DNA from: Oligoflexus sp.
Lineage (GTDB): Bacteria; Bdellovibrionota_B; Oligoflexia; Oligoflexales; Oligoflexaceae
Direction: 5' to 3'
Assembly (NCBI GenBank): GCA_041736305.1
Contig: JBGSTX010000156.1
Span: 1 to 13,852, forward strand
DNA: 13,852 nt
Both the position numbers and the translations under genes were made by a program. The notes under the pieces were generated by a model, which was not told the origin of the DNA, ran no database searches, and saw only the letters and a list, made by a program, of their open reading frames with translations. Shown one piece after another: positions 7,703 through 13,852 of this stretch (position 1 is the stretch's first letter; the number at the start of each line of letters is the position of its first letter).

Positions 7703-9067
7703 ATGATGAAAGAGCCAGATGAAATCTACTCTAGCGTCTCGGTCGAAGAACTGCGGCGTGAACTGGTCACCATGGTCGAAAGCGAGCTCACCCCGGTGGC
7801 CTTGCGCTACGGATTTGCGACTGAGCCACTGGAAGACAAAATCAAGTGGCGGCCGCTGGTCCTCTTGCTCGGCAACTATTCTTCGGGCAAATCAACTCTC
7901 ATCAACGAGTTGCTTGGCGTCAATATTCAGCAGACCGGTCAAGCTCCCACCGACGATTCTTTCACCGTCATCACCTATAAGGAAAAGTCGGATCCTTGGG
8001 ATGAACGAGACGGTATGGTCCTGCTCAACGATGCCCGTTATCCTTTTTCTCATCTGAAAAAACAGGGTCAGCGCTTTGCCGCTCACTTTCGGCTCAAACA
8101 ACTCGAATCGCCTATTCTTAAAAACCTCGCACTGATCGATACTCCCGGCATGTTGGATTCCGTGACGGAAAAAGACCGAGGCTACAACTACCAGGAAGTC
8201 ATCGCCGAGCTGGCCAGCATTGCCGATTTAATTCTTGTCCTCTTCGATCCACACAAGGCCGGAACTGTCCGTGAGACCTATCAAAGCCTGCGGCAGACCT
8301 TGCCCCGCGTGACTTTCGAAGATCGCATGCTTTTCGTTCTCAACCGCATCGACGAATGTTCGAACCTCCATGATTTCATGCGCGTGTACGGAACGCTCTG
8401 TTGGAATCTCTCGCAGATGACAGGCAGAAAAGATATCCCTCCTATCTACCTGACCCACAGCGAAACGGAGATGAGGAACAAGCCGAACTTTCTCGATCTC
8501 CTGAAAAATCAAAGAAGCGAGCTGAAGGATGCCATCCTCCGCGCTCCCAAATATCGCCTCGATCATCTCGCGACCTACATCGAGACGCAGGGGGAGCAGC
8601 TGACCCACTACTTGGAGGGCATAAAAGCCTACGGTCTGCGTCGGCAGCTCGTCCAGGTGAAGTCCATCGCTGTAGGAATTGTTGTGGCTTTGGTGATCGG
8701 TGCGGTTTCGTACTGGGGACTAGGGCAGGGCGTTGCTCTCAGCGCAGATCTCTCGATGGGCCTCGGAATACTCGCTGCCCTGGGAGTCTTAGCCATCTGG
8801 CTGCTTTTCATCGCACCTTGGGTCTTAGATAGTTTTCATCGTAACATGCTGCGCACGGCCAAGACTCTTACGCCTCTCACGCGGCAGAACCGGCAGGAAA
8901 CCTGGGAGCAAATCGAAGGTCCGCTCGCATCTTATTTAGAGGGGAACAAAGGCCGCGTCCCTCTTCGCGCCGTTAAGCGCGATTTCAAGCAGGTGCGCAG
9001 TATCGTATCTGCGGCGGCCAAGAGAGCGCGCGAGCGCAGCGCTTCTCTTGGAATACCTAAACCTTAA
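7703..9067 (+). CDS. Dynamin-superfamily NTPase, EHD/sarcalumenin-like, with two predicted TM helices
   Basis: G1 GNYSSGKS, G2 PTDDSF, G3 DTPG, G4 NRID. EHD-type RGYNY, LFDPHK and MRVYGTLCWNL. Hydrophobic hairpin at about aa 322-374. Start is ATG 7703 or 7706. Confidence 0.88.
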   Translation: MMKEPDEIYSSVSVEELRRELVTMVESELTPVALRYGFATEPLEDKIKWRPLVLLLGNYSSGKSTLINELLGVNIQQTGQAPTDDSFTVITYKEKSDPWDERDGMVLLNDARYPFSHLKKQGQRFAAHFRLKQLESPILKNLALIDTPGMLDSVTEKDRGYNYQEVIAELASIADLILVLFDPHKAGTVRETYQSLRQTLPRVTFEDRMLFVLNRIDECSNLHDFMRVYGTLCWNLSQMTGRKDIPPIYLTHSETEMRNKPNFLDLLKNQRSELKDAILRAPKYRLDHLATYIETQGEQLTHYLEGIKAYGLRRQLVQVKSIAVGIVVALVIGAVSYWGLGQGVALSADLSMGLGILAALGVLAIWLLFIAPWVLDSFHRNMLRTAKTLTPLTRQNRQETWEQIEGPLASYLEGNKGRVPLRAVKRDFKQVRSIVSAAAKRARERSASLGIPKP

Positions 9068-9699
9068 GGCACCGGCGCCGCGAAGGGCAGTTCACACATT
9101 ACCAGCAATTCTGGATCCGACTTAGCGCAAAGTAAAGTTCCGCAAGTAAAGATGTCACCATGATAGTAGTCTGGACAAGCTGGGTTGCCGCTGATACCGG
9201 GAGCTCGCTTAGAGCCCGCATGAGCCTCGCAGGTTGCAAGCATATTTGGATCGGCCTTTGCGCAGAAATAGGCACCGCAGAGAGTAATGTCTCCATAGTA
9301 GCCAGCGGTAGGACAGTAGTTATTGCCGCTTGGGCCTTTTTCTCCTGCTTTAGGTACGACTTTCACCTGTCCCGCTGCTTTTAGTTTTTGGAGTTCTTCT
9401 TCGGCTGTCTTCTTTTGAAGCTCCGTTTCCTTCAGTTGAGCAGCAAGATCATCGAGCTTCTTTTGCAATGAGCCGCCTTCTTCATCGGGAGTGTCACCGT
9501 CCGAGGGTTCGTCGGTATCAGTCGAATCACCGTCGCTTGCGTCTTCGCCTTCGTCATCCGCACCCTTGGGCGGGTTTATTGGTTTGCTATTTCCAGTTCC
9601 TACACTGGCCGTCGATGGGCTTTCGTTGGAACGAGCTTTACATGCTCCTGTGAAAACCGTGAGAAACATACTCAATAAGATCATCTGCAACGCATTCAT
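9064..9699 (-). CDS. Lipoprotein with acidic linker, coiled coil and two tandem Cys-rich repeats
   Basis: Signal peptide with lipobox-like TGA|C20, D/E/G/S-rich aa 47-76, heptad-like aa 78-108 and repeats at aa 122-158 and 168-203. SD GAGGGAG. Confidence 0.8.
   Translation of the reverse strand: MNALQMILLSMFLTVFTGACKARSNESPSTASVGTGNSKPINPPKGADDEGEDASDGDSTDTDEPSDGDTPDEEGGSLQKKLDDLAAQLKETELQKKTAEEELQKLKAAGQVKVVPKAGEKGPSGNNYCPTAGYYGDITLCGAYFCAKADPNMLATCEAHAGSKRAPGISGNPACPDYYHGDIFTCGTLLCAKSDPELLVMCELPFAAPVP
9091..9336 (-). repeat. Intragenic tandem duplication of a ~37-aa 4-Cys module
   Basis: GPSGNNYCPTAGYYGDITLCGAYFCAKADPNMLATCE (9336-9226) versus GISGNPACPD-YYHGDIFTCGTLLCAKSDPELLVMCE (9198-9091). 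Confidence 0.9.
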
Positions 9700-9745
9700 T
9701 AATTTTCTCCCTCAACCGAATTTTATGATCTGCTGACCAAGTCAT

Positions 9746-9761
9746 TGCAGCTTCCGTGCCG
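9746..9761 (-). promoter_or_regulatory. Sigma54 (-24/-12) promoter upstream of the lipoprotein gene
   Basis: Minus strand CGGCACGGAAGCTGCA is GG-N10-GC with a GGCACG core, 46 nt upstream of the ATG. Confidence 0.65.
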
Positions 9762-10015
9762 TAAGGATTGGTGGGCAAGGCTTTGAGGGGCTGGACACCG
9801 GCGATCCTGCTTTCTATGACGCAGAAGCGGGGCAGCTTCCTGAAATCGGGAGGAAAAACGCTTTACAAGGGAACGAGCCTGAAATATTGTTTCGAACTCA
9901 AGGGCGCGTTAGCCAAGCGGCTAGGCAGCTGATTGCAAATCAGTTCAGATCGGTTCGACTCCGGTACGCGCCTCTCGAGTCCTTGCCTTAGAGCCAATCC
10001 GCTCAGTTTTTCTCG

Positions 10016-10795
10016 CTATTTATCCTTCTCTCTAAACAAGTGACAAATTTTTTGCCAGAGCTCTCGAACTATTATCCAAGCAATCAAAGTGTCGCGCAGA
10101 TAGCGGCGAGCCAGACGTCTTGGCTCCTGAGCTAGACGAAAGATCCATTCTATTCCAGATTTTTGCATCCAAATTGGCGCCCTTTGGACATTTCCAGCAG
10201 AAAAATCAATACCTGCGCCTATCCCGAGAAGCACTCCCGCCCCTAGTTTTTGATAGTTGGCGTGCATCCAGAGTTCCTGTTTCGGGGCCCCCAGACCCAC
10301 AAAAACAATGGCTGCAGCTGATGCGCGCAAGAGCCCTACGATGCGTTCCAGTTCAAGAGGGTTCTGTCCAAAACCTAAAGGGGGACTGTACGTTCCGACG
10401 ACACTCAGACCAGGATAAGCGCGCTCGAGCCGCTCCTTAGCACGCTCAGCGACGCCCGGGCCGGCCCCTAGGAGAAAAATGGGCAAGCCTCTTTGAGCAG
10501 CTCCTGCACAAACGAGAGGCATGAGCTCAGATCCGGTGACGCGCTCGGGTAGAGCCGGGCCTAGCAGCTTGGAAGCCCAGACAAGGGGCATGCCGTCGGC
10601 TATCACCAGATGAGCTGATGCGTAGGCTTTCTGCAGACCGACATCGTGCTCCAGCATGACGAGGTGATCGCTGTTAGGTGTCACCACGTAGCTGCAGTGA
10701 GTGCCGGTGCTAGCAGCCTTGAGGACCCAGTCGGTGGCCTCTTTTAGAGTCACGACGTCGATACGAGCGCGACCGAGTTGGAAACGCGTTCTCAC
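10016..10795 (-). CDS. WecB/TagA/CpsF family glycosyltransferase (GT26)
   Basis: VVTPNSDH, ADGMPLVWAS, ERVTGSEL, FLLGAGPGVA, FVGLGAPKQELW, GIGAGIDF.AG.V.RAP.WMQ..G.EW.FRL.QEPRRL.RRYL. The likely start is GTG 10795 with SD GAGGT; the ORF is open to 10861. Confidence 0.95.
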   Translation of the reverse strand: MRTRFQLGRARIDVVTLKEATDWVLKAASTGTHCSYVVTPNSDHLVMLEHDVGLQKAYASAHLVIADGMPLVWASKLLGPALPERVTGSELMPLVCAGAAQRGLPIFLLGAGPGVAERAKERLERAYPGLSVVGTYSPPLGFGQNPLELERIVGLLRASAAAIVFVGLGAPKQELWMHANYQKLGAGVLLGIGAGIDFSAGNVQRAPIWMQKSGIEWIFRLAQEPRRLARRYLRDTLIAWIIVRELWQKICHLFREKDK

Positions 10796-10893
10796 AATTT
10801 TGACCTCACAGATGGTGAAAGGCAGCAGCAGAAAAGCCAGCAGAAGCTGACTGCTATACATTTTAGGAGAGCTCTGAGCCGCACGGAAGAGAA

Positions 10894-10931
10894 TTTACTA
10901 TTCGGTGCTGAGCTTCTATACTGAAAGCTCA
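10894..10931 (+). promoter_or_regulatory. Candidate sigma70 promoter of GH44-GT2 with an inverted repeat flanking the -10
   Basis: TTTACT (10894-10899), N17, TATACT (10917-10922). TGAGCTT (10909-10915) and AAGCTCA (10925-10931) bracket the -10. Confidence 0.5.
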
Positions 10932-10956
10932 TTTTCCCAAAGCGAGGATCGCAGAT

Positions 10957-12546
10957 ATGATGCCACATGGCTTCTTCACCGGCTTATGGCTGCTGAGTTT
11001 TCTATCGCTGCCTGCCCTGGGGGCTGTTAGCGTCCAATTTAAAGTCCCGGCGAAGCCCCGCATGATCAGCCCCTATATCTACGGATTTGGGACCTACATG
11101 CGCGAAGACAGGAATTTCGAGCAGATTTGGGATATGCAGCCTACCCTTTATCGTTGGGGGGGCAATACTTCGAGTCGCTTCAATTATAAAATTGATGCTT
11201 GGAACGCAGCCCAGGATTGGTTCTGGCACAACTATGGTGCACACAAGAAGGGTATGATCGATAGTTTCATGGAAGAAAACCGGCGGCAGGGGGTCGCTTC
11301 GATGATTACCCTGCCGATTATGGGTTGGGTGGCGAAGGATAGAGATTCTTACAGTTACCCGCGCTCGCTCTATCCAAAGCAGCAGCACTACGAAGGCGAC
11401 GCGGGCAATGGGATCGATCTCGACGGTAAACTCCTGAAAGCCGACCCGAAGCGGACGAGCATAGAGATCGACCCCTCCTTTGTCGCAGGATGGGTGCAGA
11501 AACTGAAAAAACAGTTTGGCTCCTCGCCGCATTTCTACATCATGGACAACGAGCCCATGCTCTGGAATTCAACGCACCGCGACGTTCATCCCGAGCCTGA
11601 ACGATACGATAGCTACCTCGAGCGCTACGTTGCCTTTGCCAAAGCGGTGCGCGAGGCGGATGCAGAGGCCGTGATCGTGGGCCCGGCGGCCTGGGGCTGG
11701 ATGGAAATGCAGTACTCGGCTTATGACGTCGAAGGCCCAGCCAACAATTGGAAAAAGCAAGTCGACCGCAAGGCGCATGGCGATAAGCCGTTTCTCAGCT
11801 GGTTTCTCGAGCAACTCTCCCTCCGTGAGAAGAAACTCAACATGCGGCTGCTCGATATCCTCGATGTCCACTATTATCCGGAGAAGGATCGCTGGCCGCA
11901 GGGGGACGATCAGCATCCCGGCCGTCGCAAAGAGTTGTTTGCCGCGACCCGCTCGCTCTGGGATCGCTCCTATAGGGATAACAGCTGGATCGACGAGAAA
12001 ATCTACTTTATTCCTCGCCTGCAGGAAATGGCGCAAAAATTCCGACCCGGGACCAAGGTTTCCATAGGCGAATACAACTTTCGCTCGGAGTACGACATTT
12101 CAGGTGCCATAGCCCAGGCCGAGACTCTCGGTATTTTTGCTAGCACCGATCTCTATGCGGCCCAGTACTGGGATTTCCCAAAGAAAGACGGCAGTCACCG
12201 CGATGCTTTTCTTCTCTTCCGTAATTATGATGGGAAGAAGAGTAGCTTCGCATCCGAATGGGTGGATAATACGGTGGGGAGCCGCGAAAATGTTTCCGTT
12301 TTTGCCGCTCAAGATCGGGCCAAGAAGAAGGTCACCATCGTCTTGATCAATAAGCAACTGAGCGCGAAGGAAAGCTTCACGCTCGATCTCGCTACCTGGC
12401 CTCTGGCCAAAAGCCTGAGAGTCTACAGCATGAATCCCAATAAGAAGGAGGAGCTAGGACGCAGCCAGCTCACCCTGGCGAACAAGAAAACCGCGACGAT
12501 CGATGCGCCGGCCATGAGCCTTCATATGGTCGAACTTATTTACTGA
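10957..12546 (+). CDS. Secreted glycoside hydrolase family 44 (myxobacterial EpsB-like)
   Basis: Sec signal peptide; ISPYIYG, RWGGN..SR.N, DNEPMLW.STHRDVHP (acid/base Glu), LLDILDVHYYP, TRSLWD..Y.D.SWI, IPRL and GEYNF (nucleophile Glu). Confidence 0.9.
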   Translation: MMPHGFFTGLWLLSFLSLPALGAVSVQFKVPAKPRMISPYIYGFGTYMREDRNFEQIWDMQPTLYRWGGNTSSRFNYKIDAWNAAQDWFWHNYGAHKKGMIDSFMEENRRQGVASMITLPIMGWVAKDRDSYSYPRSLYPKQQHYEGDAGNGIDLDGKLLKADPKRTSIEIDPSFVAGWVQKLKKQFGSSPHFYIMDNEPMLWNSTHRDVHPEPERYDSYLERYVAFAKAVREADAEAVIVGPAAWGWMEMQYSAYDVEGPANNWKKQVDRKAHGDKPFLSWFLEQLSLREKKLNMRLLDILDVHYYPEKDRWPQGDDQHPGRRKELFAATRSLWDRSYRDNSWIDEKIYFIPRLQEMAQKFRPGTKVSIGEYNFRSEYDISGAIAQAETLGIFASTDLYAAQYWDFPKKDGSHRDAFLLFRNYDGKKSSFASEWVDNTVGSRENVSVFAAQDRAKKKVTIVLINKQLSAKESFTLDLATWPLAKSLRVYSMNPNKKEELGRSQLTLANKKTATIDAPAMSLHMVELIY

Positions 12547-12565
12547 CGATCACTAAGGAGTCGCC

Positions 12566-13795
12566 GTGCTATTAGCAAGCCATATCCTCTTCCTCTGCTG
12601 CGCCCTGCTGCTGCTTGCTTATCAAGCTCCTTATCACTGGCTACTGGCTCGGATCGTTCAGATGGTTTACACGCGCCAAGCTCCAGGTATAAGGCGTGAC
12701 AGAGGGCGCAGCTTTGTGATTCTGGTGCCCGCTCACAACGAAGAGGATGGTCTACCCGCAACATTGGATAGCCTGCGTTGCCTGAGCTATCCTAAGTCCC
12801 TCTACGAAATTATCGTCATCGCTGACAACTGCCAGGATCGAACAGCTGAGGTCGCGCGAGCTCGCGATGTTACAGTGCTGGAGCGCAGTGATGCGCAGAA
12901 GAAGAGTAAGGGTTATGCTTTAGAATTTGCGCTTCAGCACTTGCAGCAGCGCGCTGCAAAGCCTGCCGCTGTCGTCGTGATTGATGCTGATACGCGTGTC
13001 GACGCGAGCCTGCTAGAGATTTTTGCTGGCGAACTTGCGAGCGGCAAGGATTGGATTCAAGCCTACTATTCGGTATCGAATCCCGATGAAAGTCAGAAGA
13101 CGAAACTTATGACCTATGCCTTTTCGCTCTTCAATGGCATTTGGCTGCTGGGACAGGATTTCCTCGGGCTCGGTTCCGCATTGAGGGGCAATGGGATGTG
13201 TTTTTCTTGGGCTGGTCTCCAACGCTGTCCTTGGCAAGCCTATGGATTGGCCGAGGATCTCGAGTTTAGTTGGCGTCTCCGTCTGGCTGGTGAAAAGGTT
13301 CACTTCACGGCCGCGGCTCGAGTCTATGGCGAAATGATTGCTGGCCAGGCTCAGGCAGCCGCATCCCAGCGGCAGCGCTGGGAACACGGGCGCAAAGGCC
13401 TAGAAGCCACTTTTGGCCAAGAGCTGCGGGAGAGCTCGTTTGCTGGGGAGCGCCTCTTTCTCCTAAAGACCGATCTCAAGATGCCTCCCCTCAGCCGCTA
13501 TGTGAGCGTTTTGGGCCTCAGTCTTGTCCTGCTCCTCCTGGCGCGTAAGACCATGACGGCTGGATTTCACGGCCCTCTCATCAGCCTCGTTGGGATCACC
13601 CTCTTAACGGTCCTTTTTCTCTATCTTTTCAGTCCTTTTTACTGTCTTGGCCTGCCGCTTCGCTACGGTCTCTCTCTCCTCAGAGCCCCTTTCTACATGC
13701 TTTGGAAACTGCGCCTTGCTTTTAGGCCGGCCCCCAGTGCTTGGGCGCGTGCAACTCGGAAAAACGATTCCCCGGGAAAATCTGCGAGCAAGTAA
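12566..13795 (+). CDS. Membrane-bound glycosyltransferase family 2 (CESA-like, myxobacterial EpsD-like)
   Basis: VPAHNEE, ADNCQD.TA, KGYAL, DAD, LRGNGMCF, LAED and Q(RQ)RW motifs, with N- and C-terminal TM segments. GTG start follows SD AAGGAG, 19 nt after the GH44 stop. Confidence 0.93.
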   Translation: MLLASHILFLCCALLLLAYQAPYHWLLARIVQMVYTRQAPGIRRDRGRSFVILVPAHNEEDGLPATLDSLRCLSYPKSLYEIIVIADNCQDRTAEVARARDVTVLERSDAQKKSKGYALEFALQHLQQRAAKPAAVVVIDADTRVDASLLEIFAGELASGKDWIQAYYSVSNPDESQKTKLMTYAFSLFNGIWLLGQDFLGLGSALRGNGMCFSWAGLQRCPWQAYGLAEDLEFSWRLRLAGEKVHFTAAARVYGEMIAGQAQAAASQRQRWEHGRKGLEATFGQELRESSFAGERLFLLKTDLKMPPLSRYVSVLGLSLVLLLLARKTMTAGFHGPLISLVGITLLTVLFLYLFSPFYCLGLPLRYGLSLLRAPFYMLWKLRLAFRPAPSAWARATRKNDSPGKSASK

Positions 13796-13852
13796 GCTCC
13801 TTTTGCTTCAGGTTTACTGAGATTTTGTTGTATGTAAGCTTGGACTCGGGAT

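Noticed and set aside
1045..9736. Other short alternate-frame ORFs (e.g. 1203-1442, 1421-1711, 3846-4181, 5491-5790, 6144-6452, 7719-8057, 8228-8608, 8401-8832, 9491-9736)
   Set aside because: They overlap well-supported genes, have atypical composition and lack recognisable motifs.
9929..9943. FNR/CRP box reading of CTGATTGCAAATCAG
   Set aside because: The spacing is CTGAT-N5-ATCAG rather than TTGAT-N4-ATCAA; it is kept only as a generic dyad.
10796..10861. Signal-peptide-like N-terminus on the WecB/TagA protein (MYSSQLLLAFLLLPF...)
   Set aside because: GT26 enzymes are cytoplasmic-facing. An in-frame GTG at 10795 has SD GAGGT and marks the start of family-like sequence, so the extension is probably untranslated.
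11002..12357. Three antisense ORFs (176, 155 and 85 aa) over GH44
   Set aside because: All lie in the codon-aligned antisense frame of GH44, a typical shadow of codon bias, and show no recognisable motifs.
1..13852. CRISPR array, tRNA/rRNA, transposase, integrase or prophage
   Set aside because: I saw no regularly spaced repeats, RNA gene signatures or mobile-element ORFs. A structured ncRNA in 9700-10015 cannot be excluded without an Infernal/Rfam search.

Overview
Bacterial chromosomal window of moderate GC with 15 supportable CDSs and no rRNA, tRNA, CRISPR array or mobile element that I can see. The gene content suggests a deltaproteobacteria-like organism, possibly Oligoflexia/Bdellovibrionota (inference only). 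Left part: a 5'-truncated APCDD1-like protein, DUF493, a SnoaL/NTF2 protein, a small ElaB/YqjD-like protein, a sigma54-preceded phosphoribosyltransferase, a secreted DUF1036-like protein, a NupC/CNT nucleoside transporter and a BON protein. Middle: a radical SAM/SPASM gene divergent from a DUF3095 (nucleotidyl-cyclase-like) gene, then a membrane-anchored EHD/sarcalumenin-like dynamin-family NTPase, convergent with a sigma54-preceded lipoprotein carrying two tandem 4-Cys repeats. Right: a WecB/TagA/CpsF glycosyltransferase divergent from a secreted GH44 plus a GT2, resembling epsA/epsB/epsD of the myxobacterial exopolysaccharide locus. Family calls come from motif recognition, not database searches.
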